This document shows positions 31,973 to 42,517 of a stretch of DNA of 64,000 nucleotides, one piece after another; the first letter of the stretch is position 1; each line of letters begins with the position of its first letter. The stretch lies in assembly GCA_965237525.1 (NCBI GenBank), contig CBDEFO010000008.1, positions 1,440,001 to 1,504,000 on the forward strand. Reading direction: 5' to 3'. The DNA is from Candidatus Latescibacterota bacterium. Its GTDB lineage: Bacteria > Latescibacterota > CBDEFO01. The notes beneath the pieces are model-generated. The model made no database searches and was not told the DNA's origin. It saw only the letters and a list, made by a program, of their open reading frames with translations. The position numbers were made by a program, and so were the translations under genes.

Positions 31973-33274
31973 GGTTATTTATCAAATGAAATCGGTGCAC
32001 TTCTCTTTCGATCTTTGATTGATCTTGAATGATAGGTTTTCGACAATCTTTGGTTTCTGTTCTTTTTCAAAATGGATGTATAATTGTTCTTCTTTTAGGT
32101 TCCATTCAGCCAGGACAAAGTAGTTGGTGTAAGAGGAGGGAAGAGATACTTTCTCATTTAGGACATCGATAAAGGCTTTATCTGTCTGTTCTGTGTCCTG
32201 TTTGACTTGTCTGATAAAATAGGTCTTGGGAATGAAATCTTTCTCGTTTGACTTCTCTTGCTTAGGTGGACGGTAGCCGGTGTATCTCTGTGATGAAAGA
32301 TTAAACCATTCTAACTTCTGATCAACTTCTTGTAAGCTTTTGAACTGAATTCTGTTCCAGAACTTCCTTGAAAATACAGAATTGTTGCCTTCTATAGATG
32401 CTTGAGAAAAGGGCCTTCTGGGAACGGCAAATATCGGAATCACTTGATTTTTCAAGAGAAACTGCATTGCTTTGCTGACATTCCTTTTACCTGAAACACT
32501 GCCAATAGTCGCCGAGCAATTGTCCACCTTAACGAAATCTGGTTTTTCAAACCTGTCAAAGAAAGACTGACACTTCTCGATAAAGTTAGTTGCTGTTTGA
32601 CCGTCAACCCGCCGAAAATACCTTAACTTAGGCTCTTTCTTAAAGGAAAATCCAACGAAGTTGACCGGCTCAGTTCTGCCGGTAAGATACTTTTTACCAA
32701 TAAAGTCTGATTCTAGGACTCTGCCTCCTGAAAGATAGTAAATGGTATACTCTGGATAACAAAGATAACGAGATGCACCCTTGTTTTTACCTTTCTTCCT
32801 TCTCTGGGAAAGTCCTAAATCTGAAAGCATTCTGCCGATAGTCGGCAACGACGGAGGAGGGGTGCTAGAATATCGATTCCTCCATTCTTGTTCAATAACA
32901 GTGGCTCCTGAATAGAACTGATAAGGATCGTCCTCTAAGCTATGGTAAATCTCTTTGATTCTCTGTTCGTCAACTTTAGCCAATTTTCGCCTTTTTCCTT
33001 TTGGCCAACCCCGATTATCCATGGCAAAATCCTGATCCAGAGATTTAGTCCAAGCCGTAACGAAATCATTGGAAACTCTCGCTTGTTTGATAACTTCTCG
33101 CTTTGACATTTCTTTCTTAAAATACATCTCGTTGACTTCTTGTCTTAATACGGCCAATCTCTCTTTGTCCATAGGACTCCGTAGATTAAAGTTAAGACAA
33201 TCAACTCAACTTAATCTACTAATACTCTAAACAAAGATCAAATTAGTTGCACCGATTTCATTTGATATTCAACC
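31973..33274 (-). mobile_element. Insertion sequence with an integrase-core (rve-like) DDE transposase (31982..33172)
   Basis: Perfect 20-bp IR core TATCAAATGAAATCGGTGCA, ends GGTT...AACC, 6-bp GTTATT target duplication; D (ESDFIG), D (VDN) and E (SIEGNN) residues. Confidence 0.85.
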
Positions 33275-33321
33275 GTTATTCCATTAGTAGTCAATATCAA
33301 TCCTAAACAGGACGTCTCAAA

Positions 33322-34443
33322 ATGACGCATATAATTTCATACGCTGTCCTGACACTGCTGGTCACTTTGAATACGTCTGCCTATGCAGAGGATCTTTTGG
33401 GGTCTCCGACCAGCTATCCTACCGGGGATAGTCCCGAATCTGTTTTCATTGCGGACTTAGATGGAGATAGGGACAATGACTTAGCTGTGGCTAATGGGGG
33501 CAGCAATGATGTATCAGTCTTGTTAAATAATGGAGATGGGACATTTGTGGATAAGGTGAACTATGGTGTTGGGCTTGTTCCCAGTTCAGTATTCAGTGCA
33601 GATTTAGATGGAGATGGAGATAATGACTTGGCTGTGGCTAACTCTCACAGCCATACTGTGTCAGTGTTGTTGAATAATGGCGATGGAACATTTGCACCCA
33701 AGGTGGACTATGTCACTGCCCTGCATCCTTGGTCAGTCTTCATTGCTGATTTAGATTTAGATGGAGCCAACGACTTGGCTGTGGCTAATTTTAACAGCAA
33801 TAATGTATCAGTGTTGTTGAATGAGGGAAATGGTATATTTGCACCTAAAGTGGACTATCCTGCTGGGTCTGGTTCCGCATCAGTTTTCTGTGGAGATTTG
33901 GATGGAGATGGAGACAAGGACTTGGCTGTGGCTAACTCTAACAGCAATAATGTCTCAGTGTTGTTGAATAACGGGAACGGTACATTTGCACCTAAAGTGG
34001 ACTATTATACTGTTGGTCCCTATTCAGTATTCAGTGTGGATCTAGATGGGGACGGAGATAAAGATATGGCTGTGGCTAATAGGGGTGGTAATAATGTCTC
34101 AGTGTTGTTGAATAACGGGACTGGTACATTTGCACCTAAAGTGGACTATGCTGTTCGGGTTGATCCCTATTCAGTATTCAGTGCAGATTTAGATGGAGAT
34201 GGTGACAATGATCTGGCTGTCGCTAATCTTAACAGCCCTGATGTTGTGTCTATATTGTTGAACAACGGAGATGGAATATTCGCACCCAAGGTGGACTATA
34301 CCGCTGGGGATGGCCCCATATCAGTATTCAGTGCAGATTTAGATGGAGATGGAGATAATGACTTGGCTGTGGCTAATTATTGGAGCGATAATGTATCAGT
34401 GTTGATCAATCTGTCCACTACCCCCGCTACCATGAATGAGTAG
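33322..34443 (+). CDS. FG-GAP/VCBS repeat exported protein
   Basis: Signal peptide and seven ADLDGDGDNDLAVAN repeats. Confidence 0.9.
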   Translation: MTHIISYAVLTLLVTLNTSAYAEDLLGSPTSYPTGDSPESVFIADLDGDRDNDLAVANGGSNDVSVLLNNGDGTFVDKVNYGVGLVPSSVFSADLDGDGDNDLAVANSHSHTVSVLLNNGDGTFAPKVDYVTALHPWSVFIADLDLDGANDLAVANFNSNNVSVLLNEGNGIFAPKVDYPAGSGSASVFCGDLDGDGDKDLAVANSNSNNVSVLLNNGNGTFAPKVDYYTVGPYSVFSVDLDGDGDKDMAVANRGGNNVSVLLNNGTGTFAPKVDYAVRVDPYSVFSADLDGDGDNDLAVANLNSPDVVSILLNNGDGIFAPKVDYTAGDGPISVFSADLDGDGDNDLAVANYWSDNVSVLINLSTTPATMNE

Positions 34444-34623
34444 GCATAACTATCATCAGAAGTTCCTGAGACTTACGTTCTTCTCTAGCCCGGCATGGCA
34501 AAGATGACAAGAATAAGAGCCTTGCCAGCGGAGTCTATTTCTATCGGTTGGAGACGGGTGGATTTGTGAAGACGAGGAAGCTGTTATTGTTGCGGTGAAC
34601 CCTGTAATGAAGGAGGTTTAACC

Positions 34624-35919
34624 ATGTTCAAGATACGCTTTGGCATAGCGTTCTGGCTGTTAGTTGCCTTGAATGCGCCTGCCTGTGCGCAGGATCTTTT
34701 CGGACCCCCGACTGACTATCCTGCTGGCATTAGTTCCCAAGCAGTTTTCAGTGCAGATTTAGATGGCGATGGGGATAATGACTTAGCTGTGGCTAATTTA
34801 ACCAGCAATGATGTATCAGTGTCGAGGAATAATGGACATGGTACATTTACAGGCATGCTAGACACAGTGAACTATGGTGTTGGTGGATTTCCCACATCGG
34901 TATTCATAGCAGATTTAGATGGCGATGGGGATAATGACTTAGCTGTGGCTAATTTAACCAGCAATGATGTATCAGTGTCGAGGAATAATGGACATGGTAC
35001 ATTTACAGGCATGCTAGACACAGTGAACTATGGTGTTGGTGGATTTCCCACATCGGTATTCATAGCAGATGTAGATGGCGATGGGGATAATGACTTAGCT
35101 GTGGCTAATATGCGCAGCAATACTGTGTCAGTCTTGTCGAATAATGGAGATGGCACATTTGCACCTAAGACGGACTATGAAGCTGGGGATGGTCCAACAT
35201 CAGTATTCATTGCAGATTTAGATGGCGATGGATACAACGACTTAACTGTGTCTGGTGGGAGCATTCTCAGTAAGGTATCAGTGTTGATGAATAATGGAGA
35301 CGGTACATTTGCACCTAAAGTGGCCTACGACGCCAGGGGTGAGGTCTTCATTGCAGACTTAGATGGGGACGGAGATAATGACCTGGTTACGTCTGCTGTA
35401 TCAGTGTTCATGAATAATGGGGATGGAACATTTGCACCTAAAGTGGACTTTGCCGATGTGGGTGGTCCACTTTTCATTGCGGATTTAGATGGAGATGGAG
35501 ATAATGACCTGGCTGTGGCTACTGGGGATGCTTTAGCAGTGTTGTTGAATCATGGAGATGGTACATTTGCAGACGAGGTAGCCTATGAAGCTGGAGAGTT
35601 TCCCAGCTCTGGTGTTGCCACATCAGTATTCAGTGCAGATTTAGATGGTGATGGCGATAATGACCTGGCTGTGGCTAATAGCTATGGCGTCTCAGTATTG
35701 TTGAATCTCTCTGATATACCCGTTGTCGTCCCTGGCCTTGTAGGAGATTTCGGCGGGAACGATGAAGTAGGTCTTTCAGATTTTGTCCTTTTCTTGGATG
35801 CATTCGGGACAACCACCAGTTCAGCTGATTGGGAACCCACATTTGATCTGGATGGTAACGAAGAGATTGGTCTGTCCGACTTTGTGATCTTTCTGGATAA
35901 CTTCGGCAGGTCAGAATAG
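34624..35919 (+). CDS. FG-GAP/VCBS repeat exported protein with C-terminal dockerin-like/EF-hand module
   Basis: Signal peptide, FG-GAP repeats, GDFGGNDEVGLSDFVLFLDAFG...DLDGNEEIGLSDFVIFLDNFG. Confidence 0.9.
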   Translation: MFKIRFGIAFWLLVALNAPACAQDLFGPPTDYPAGISSQAVFSADLDGDGDNDLAVANLTSNDVSVSRNNGHGTFTGMLDTVNYGVGGFPTSVFIADLDGDGDNDLAVANLTSNDVSVSRNNGHGTFTGMLDTVNYGVGGFPTSVFIADVDGDGDNDLAVANMRSNTVSVLSNNGDGTFAPKTDYEAGDGPTSVFIADLDGDGYNDLTVSGGSILSKVSVLMNNGDGTFAPKVAYDARGEVFIADLDGDGDNDLVTSAVSVFMNNGDGTFAPKVDFADVGGPLFIADLDGDGDNDLAVATGDALAVLLNHGDGTFADEVAYEAGEFPSSGVATSVFSADLDGDGDNDLAVANSYGVSVLLNLSDIPVVVPGLVGDFGGNDEVGLSDFVLFLDAFGTTTSSADWEPTFDLDGNEEIGLSDFVIFLDNFGRSE

Positions 35920-36117
35920 TTTTGGTCAGAGGTGAATGGATTTGTACAGACAAGGAAGATGATATTGATGAGATAGGATAGTTAAGATCAATAACTGCCG
36001 ATCGGATAGGGGGAACCATCAAGCCAGAGACCCAATATGAGCACCGACTGGGGCGAGTGGACCTCGCCCCTACGAATACGTACAGTACTGTAGACAAATA
36101 GAATAGCACACGAAAAA

Positions 36118-36648
36118 ATGAAATACGATCCGGAGAAACACCACCGCGGGTCTATACGATTAAGAGGATATGATTATTCGCAGCAAGGGGCATATTTTGT
36201 AACAATATGCGCACAAAACGGGGAATGTCTGTTTGGCGAGGTAGTAGATGGAAAAATGCAATTGAACGAATGTGGGAACATCGTGCAGGAATTTTGGAAT
36301 AGAATCACCATGCGTTTTTCGAATGTCAGAGTCGACGTTCATATTGTGATGCCGAATCATATACACGGTATTATAGTAATAGCCGATAAATGTAGGGGCG
36401 GGGTTAGCCCGCCCCAGAAGAAACGCACGTTGGGACAGATCGTTGCGTATTTTAAATATCAATCAACCAAAGAGATTCTCAATACGCCGCAGTGTGGATG
36501 TTCGACCGGAACAACTATTTGGCAACGCAATTACTACGAACATATTATACGGAATCAAGAGGATTTAAACCAAATCAGGCAATACATAATGAAGAATCCC
36601 CTAAAATGGGAACTGGATAGCGAGAATCCACAGAACGTAAACATATAG
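36118..36648 (+). CDS. REP-associated tyrosine transposase (RAYT, Y1 HUH)
   Basis: SIRLRGYDYS, YFVTIC, VMPNHIHGII, IWQRNYYEHIIR, YIMKNP; flanked by GGGGCGAG...CTCGCCCCTAC palindromes. Confidence 0.9.
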   Translation: MKYDPEKHHRGSIRLRGYDYSQQGAYFVTICAQNGECLFGEVVDGKMQLNECGNIVQEFWNRITMRFSNVRVDVHIVMPNHIHGIIVIADKCRGGVSPPQKKRTLGQIVAYFKYQSTKEILNTPQCGCSTGTTIWQRNYYEHIIRNQEDLNQIRQYIMKNPLKWELDSENPQNVNI

Positions 36649-36783
36649 AGGCCGTGCAACCCAGCTCTCTGGGGCGACGTGCCGTGGGCGCTTTCCTGGG
36701 AAGCGGAAGCAGCAAACCCCCGATTGAATCTATCGGGGGGAAGTGCCCTCGCCCCTACAATGCGGAGAGGTAAATAGATTCTT

Positions 36784-38034
36784 ATGCCAAAAAGGGAAGA
36801 CATACTCGTAATCGGCGGCGGCGTCATAGGCGTCTGCTCGGCCTACTATCTAATACAGAAGGGCATGCAGGTTACGATCCTGGACAAAGGCGAAATCTGC
36901 TCGGGCTGTTCTTACGGCAACGCCGGGCTTTTAGTCCCCAGCCACAGCGTTCCGCTTCCCGCGCCGGGCGTATTGTCCAAGGGACTCAAGTGGATGTTCG
37001 ACAGCCAGAGCCCGTTCTATATCAAGCCGCGCCTTGACCTTGAACTCTACTCGTGGCTCTGGAAGTTTCGGGGGTTCTGCAGCCAAAAGGCGATGCGAAA
37101 GACCATGCCGATCATCGGTGAAATGAGTCTGGCCAGCCTCGAACTCTACGCAGAATTGGCCGCAATTGACGGGTTGGAATTCGGCTTTACACGAGACGGC
37201 GTGCTGATGGTCTACAGTACAGAGAACGGTTACGAAGAGGGGATCGAGGAGGCCCATCTACTGCAGGATATCGGACTCAAGGCAGAGCTGCTGGACGGAG
37301 AGGAGGTTCTCAAGATGCAGCCCTGTCTCCTTCCCGGCGTCGGCGGCGGGGTCTTCTTTGAACAGGACGCTCATCTCATCCCCGCTGAGTTTGTTCGGGG
37401 TCTTGCCCGGGTCGTCCAGGAGGCAGGCGGCATCGTCAAGACGTCAACCGAGGTGTTGGGGTTTGAAACTTCCGGCAGCAGGATTTCGACTGTCAAGACG
37501 ACCCGCGGCGACTTCCAGCCGGATCAGGTAGTCCTGGCCGGAGGCTCGTGGTCGCCCGTCCTTGCAAGAGATCTTGATCTGAAACTGCCCATTCAGGCCG
37601 CCAAGGGTTACAGCATAACTGTGGTACGCCCGGAGACGTGTCCAACAATCCCGCTTCTTATGGGCGAGGCCAGGGTGGGAATTACTCCCATGGGCCAGAC
37701 GCTGCGCTTTGCAGGGACGCTTGAATTGGCTGGCCTCGACCTTTCGATCAATCGGCGACGGGTGGAGGCCATCATGCGCGCTGTCCCCAGGTACATCTCC
37801 GGTACAGAAGAGCTGGAGATCATCGAAATCTGGCGTGGTCTGCGTCCGTGTACCCCCGACGGTCTGCCGATTATAGGACGCACCGAGTCGTTCGAAAATC
37901 TGACTATCGCAGCAGGACACGCCATGATAGGCGTATCGCTGGGTCCTATTACGGGAAAGATGGTCTCCCAGATCGTGTTAGCTGAGACCCCTGCAATAGA
38001 TCTGACCCCATTCAAAGCTGAAAGATTCAATTAA
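36784..38034 (+). CDS. FAD-dependent D-amino acid dehydrogenase/oxidase
   Basis: GGGVIG, CSYGNAG, AKGYS, WRGLRPCTPDGLPIIG, AGHAMIG. Confidence 0.88.
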   Translation: MPKREDILVIGGGVIGVCSAYYLIQKGMQVTILDKGEICSGCSYGNAGLLVPSHSVPLPAPGVLSKGLKWMFDSQSPFYIKPRLDLELYSWLWKFRGFCSQKAMRKTMPIIGEMSLASLELYAELAAIDGLEFGFTRDGVLMVYSTENGYEEGIEEAHLLQDIGLKAELLDGEEVLKMQPCLLPGVGGGVFFEQDAHLIPAEFVRGLARVVQEAGGIVKTSTEVLGFETSGSRISTVKTTRGDFQPDQVVLAGGSWSPVLARDLDLKLPIQAAKGYSITVVRPETCPTIPLLMGEARVGITPMGQTLRFAGTLELAGLDLSINRRRVEAIMRAVPRYISGTEELEIIEIWRGLRPCTPDGLPIIGRTESFENLTIAAGHAMIGVSLGPITGKMVSQIVLAETPAIDLTPFKAERFN

Positions 38035-38190
38035 GTATCCTGAGAAGCCTAATAGGGAAGGAGCAGACAGCCAACTCTTAAGATTGCTCTGTGGGCCTTG
38101 TCCACTTCGCGGCTTGCCCCCGATTGAATCTATCGGGGGGGTCGGGGGCTGGTCTTCTTCACAGTAGAAGGTTAAAAGAAAGGTTAAACT

Positions 38191-39123
38191 ATGAACACGA
38201 CAGATAAGGTTCTTGCCAGGGATATAAAAAGCCCATCGGGGCCGATGCCGAGGAGGCCCTATGGGAATACAGGAGAGCATTTATCCTTAATAGGTATGGG
38301 CGGGATAGTTGTGATGAATGCGGAGCAGGAACACGCCGATCGGGTAGTCAGGGAGGCCTACGAGCGCGGGATAAATTATTTTGACGTTGCCCCTGCTTAC
38401 GGCAATGCTGAGGAGAAGCTGGGGCCAGCGCTGGAGCCTTTTCGGAAGGAGTGCTTTCTTGCCTGCAAGAGCACAGCGCGGAAAGGTGACAAGCTGCTGG
38501 AGGATTTTCACAGGTCACTGAAGCGGCTTCGCACCGATTACTTTGATCTCTACCAGCTCCATGGCCTTACAACGAAGGAGGACATCGAAGTTGCGTTTGG
38601 ACCCGGCGGTGCGGTAGAGACGGTGGATAAACTGAAGCAGGAAGGCAAGATTCGGTTCCTTGGCTTCTCCACACATTCAATCGAGGCAGGGATGGCGGCG
38701 CTCAAATACTATGATTTTAATTCGGTGCTTATGCCGGTGAATTTTGTTACGTATTACAACGGCAACTTTGGAGAGCAGCTCATCGATTATGCAAAGAGCA
38801 AAGGCACTGCGGTGCTTGCGTTGAAATCAATGGCAAAAACTGAATGGGACAATGGTGAAACAAGGAACTGGGAAAAACCCTGGTACAAGCCTCTGGATAC
38901 TGAAGAAGAAGCCTATGAGGCATTGCGGTTCACCTTTTCCCAGCCGGTGACGGCTGCTATCCCACCGGGTGAGGAGGAACTCTTCCGCATGGCGCTGGAC
39001 CTGGCGCCCAAGTTCATCCCTCTCTCAGAAGATGAAGAGCACTCCCTCAGACAGAAAGCAAAAACTCTCGTCCCTATCTTCCACTACCCTTCGGAGGCGT
39101 TTAGGTTGAAAGCGAAGGCGTAA
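38191..39123 (+). CDS. Aldo/keto reductase, paralog 1
   Basis: GINYFDVAPAYG, LRTDYFDLYQLH, GKIRFLGFS. Confidence 0.9.
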   Translation: MNTTDKVLARDIKSPSGPMPRRPYGNTGEHLSLIGMGGIVVMNAEQEHADRVVREAYERGINYFDVAPAYGNAEEKLGPALEPFRKECFLACKSTARKGDKLLEDFHRSLKRLRTDYFDLYQLHGLTTKEDIEVAFGPGGAVETVDKLKQEGKIRFLGFSTHSIEAGMAALKYYDFNSVLMPVNFVTYYNGNFGEQLIDYAKSKGTAVLALKSMAKTEWDNGETRNWEKPWYKPLDTEEEAYEALRFTFSQPVTAAIPPGEEELFRMALDLAPKFIPLSEDEEHSLRQKAKTLVPIFHYPSEAFRLKAKA

Positions 39124-39299
39124 GCGGAGATGATGGAGTTTTTTCCAAACGAGTTGTGGCGAACTGTCTCGCCAGATCTGCATGGGAGGGGAGCCTATCA
39201 CACGAGACCTTGAGCACAGGATCGACACTCAAATTATTAGTAGCTTCATAACTACATATAATAGGCACAGTATAGTTATCCTGTTTAACCACCTTCGGT

Positions 39300-39460
39300 G
39301 TCATTGCGAGCCGAAGGCGAAGCAATCCCCCCGAAAGGTTGAATCGGGGGTTACTGTGGTAGATGTAATATTCTCCGGCTCTCATAGGAGACCACTATAA
39401 AACCTTGAGATTGCTTCCCCGATAGACTCAATCGGGGACCGCTTTGCTCCTCGCAATGAC
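39300..39460. repeat. Long palindromic intergenic element with nested short hairpins
   Basis: GTCATTGCGAG...GAAGCAATC arm and GATTGCTT...CTCGCAATGAC arm, each interrupted by a CCCCGA...TCGGGG hairpin. Confidence 0.7.
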
Positions 39461-39628
39461 TCCACCAAGTTTATGAATTAATCGGGTAAAGTATCTAGAG
39501 AAGCCTAATAGGGAAGGAGCAGACAGCCAACTCTTAAGATTGCTGTGGGGGCCTTGCCCCCGATAGACTCAATCGGGGGTTGGGGGCTGGTCGTCTTCAC
39601 AGCAGAAGCTTAAAAGAAAGGTTAAACT

Positions 39629-40561
39629 ATGAACACGACAGATAAGGTTCTTGCCAGGGACATAAAAAGCCCATCGGGGCCGATGCCGAAGAGGCCCTAT
39701 GGGAATACGGGAGAGCATTTATCCGTAATAGGCATGGGCGGGCATGTAGTGATGAATTCGGAGCAGGAACACGCCAATCAGGTAGTCAGGGAGGCCTACG
39801 AGCGGGGGATAAATTATTTTGACGTCGCCCCTGCTTACGGCAATGCTGAAGAAAAGCTGGGGCCAGCGCTGGAGCCTTTTCGGAAGGAGTGCTTTCTGGC
39901 CTGCAAGAGCGTAGGGCGGAAAGGTGATAAGCTGCTGGAGGATTTTCACAGGTCACTTAAGCGGCTTCGGACCGATTACTTTGATCTCTACCAACTCCAT
40001 TGTCTTGCATCGAAGGAGCACATCGAAGTTGCGTTTGGACCCGGAGGTGCGGTAGAGGCTGTGGATAAACTGAAGCAGGAAGGCAAGATTCGGTTCCTTG
40101 GCTTCTCCGCACATTCAATCGAGGCAGGGATGGAGGCGCTTAAATACTATGATTTTAATTCGGTGCTTATGCCGGTGAATTTTGTGGCGTACTACAACGG
40201 CAACTTTGGAGAGCAGCTCATTAGTTATGCAAAGAGCAAAGGCGCTGCGGTGCTTGCGTTGAAATCAATGGCAAAAACTGAATGGGACAATGGTGAAACA
40301 AGGAACTGGGAAAAACCCTGGTACAAGCCTCTGGATACTGAAGAAGAAGCCTATGAGGCATTGCGGTTCACGCTTTCCCAGCCGGTGACGGCTGCTATCC
40401 CACCGGGTGAGGAGGAACTCTTCCGCATGGCACTGGACCTGGCGCCGAAATTCATCCCTCTCTCAGAAGACGAACAGCACTCCCTCAGACAGAAAGCAAA
40501 AAATATCACGCCTATCTTTCGCTACCCATCGGAGGGATTTGAGTTGAAAGGGAAGGCATGA
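39629..40561 (+). CDS. Aldo/keto reductase, paralog 2
   Basis: Close tandem duplicate of 38191..39123, including the upstream region. Confidence 0.9.
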   Translation: MNTTDKVLARDIKSPSGPMPKRPYGNTGEHLSVIGMGGHVVMNSEQEHANQVVREAYERGINYFDVAPAYGNAEEKLGPALEPFRKECFLACKSVGRKGDKLLEDFHRSLKRLRTDYFDLYQLHCLASKEHIEVAFGPGGAVEAVDKLKQEGKIRFLGFSAHSIEAGMEALKYYDFNSVLMPVNFVAYYNGNFGEQLISYAKSKGAAVLALKSMAKTEWDNGETRNWEKPWYKPLDTEEEAYEALRFTLSQPVTAAIPPGEEELFRMALDLAPKFIPLSEDEQHSLRQKAKNITPIFRYPSEGFELKGKA

Positions 40562-40754
40562 ACATTGTGAACACTTTTGGGCAAGATACCGGGCTTGAGG
40601 ACTCTGACCTGCTACCGGACATCAGAGCAATCTTACCCTGGAGAGTTTACGGAAAATTGCTTTTTTTGATTTAGAAAAAGTACTTTTTGAAAAATGTAAA
40701 AGTGGTAATATTGATTCACAAAAAAGATTGTATCGAAATATAATCCCTCATTAA

Positions 40755-42273
40755 AAGCCTTGTGAAATAGTTATGTCCCAGGCAGCGTCTGAAGCGCCGA
40801 TTATGGGTCAAAGAGTAGCATATCGTATCGTTTTGCTGTGGAATAAGCAAAATAGTCTTATCAGAGTTCTGGTCAGCAAGGAACAGGAGCTGTTTGAAGA
40901 ACAGGGTGCACTGTCTTTGACAGACAGGGCACACATAGACGCTTTCCCCCTTCTTATGAAAGATACAAGCCTCTTGAGATTCTGTACTGTTGCAACAAGA
41001 TTCAACTGTTCATTCAGTGAGGCTGGTCCTCTGTAACGGGCTCGTCCCATACCGTGTTGTTGCCTGGCTTCAGCAAAGATATGTTCACTGCGTTTACGGA
41101 GTCTCCGGGAGAGTTTGTAGTCAGCTGTTAATGAGATAGACCGTGCATGATTTCTGGCTTTCGCCTCTCGCACTTTTCTATCCCGTTCGGCCTGAATATG
41201 TGCTGAATTTGTCTTGTTTTTCCATGTAGGAATCGGTTCAATCTTCTCATCGGCTCGCAGAGGAATATGGGGTATGATTCCCCGGTCAAGTACATCAGCG
41301 ATAAAATTACCAGAACCGTAACCGGTATCGGCACTAAGTGTCTGAATGTCTTTGGGCATGGTGTATGTTTCAAGGTCATCTACCATCTTAAGGGCACTTT
41401 CGGGCTCTGCTGTCCCTGTCGCCTGCGTGCCCTGAGTCTCAAGGATTACTCTGCTTTTTGTGTCGATCAGATCATGGCCCATAAACGAGAGAAAAGCCCC
41501 TTTGCCCTTCGATTTGCTGTATAAGCGCGCGTCGGGGTCTGTAGTCGAACGGTGTGTTTGGTTCGTCCACTTTTCACCATGAAAGTCTTTATCCTGAGGA
41601 TGCCCGGACCTACCCTTTGTCTTATCACCTTCAAAACCGATTCCCTTGAGATAATCATCAAGAGAAACAGGGGGTTCTATCGGCTCAATACTTTTCACTG
41701 AAGCATCAGCTTGTATCTGAGTGCCGTCGACACTAAGGTGTTTACCGCTCACAAGACCGACATCTATGCAACACTGGACTACCTGACGCATTATCCGTTC
41801 AAACAACCCACTGGATGCCCACTTGTGATTGCGAAGCTTGTTGATCGTGCTCCTATCCGGAACCGCATCATCAAATGTCTGATGACAAAACAACCGATAT
41901 GCCGCATGCATCCCCACTTCCTGACAGAGCCGATTCTCACTCAAATTATACAGATAGCCAATAAGGATCATTCGAACAACTAATTCAGGATCAATACCGG
42001 GTCTGCCATTGTCAGGGCAATAACAATCTGATACAACGTCTCGTACAAATGAAAAATCAACTGCCTCATCAATCTGACGAAGGATATGATCCTCGGGAAC
42101 TAAATCCTCCATCTGAAAATAGTGAAACATCGGATTTGTCTGTTCCTGCTTTTGTGGGGTCATTGTTTCCTCCATGTATAATATTATCAATAACATAATA
42201 TAATACATCGGAGCTGCTTTATCAATGCTTGTTCTATACTACTTTCTGAATCTAAGGGTTTTTCACAAGGCTT
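40755..42273 (-). mobile_element. IS1182-like element copy 4, intact
   Basis: 1519 bp; flanks TTAA / TTAG do not match. Confidence 0.95.
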
Positions 42274-42301
42274 TTAGTGTCTTATGCTCTTAAACTTTTG
42301 C

Positions 42302-42330
42302 TTGACTTTGCATCGCCATAGTGTTATACT
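42302..42330 (+). promoter_or_regulatory. Orphan sigma-70 promoter between IS copies 4 and 5
   Basis: TTGACT-17 bp-TATACT with extended -10 TG. Confidence 0.65.
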
Positions 42331-42517
42331 ATTAGCCTGTGTGTCTGTCCCTGAATAGCTACTCTAGAAATTTACCTATATGTCGAAGGCGATGGGGAAC
42401 TTTTTCAGAAAAACTCCCAATTTTGCCTTCTAACTGGAAGGGTTTTTAGAATCACCGTATCGATACTTCTTGTCCTTAAGTAAGAAGATACTTGATGTGT
42501 TTTTTGATAGGTATTAG

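Noticed and set aside
29880..35700. Regular repeats as a CRISPR array
   Set aside because: They are in-frame NHL and FG-GAP protein repeats; there are no spacers or cas genes.
42274..42517. TPP riboswitch for thiG
   Set aside because: No CTGAGA core or other TPP consensus visible.
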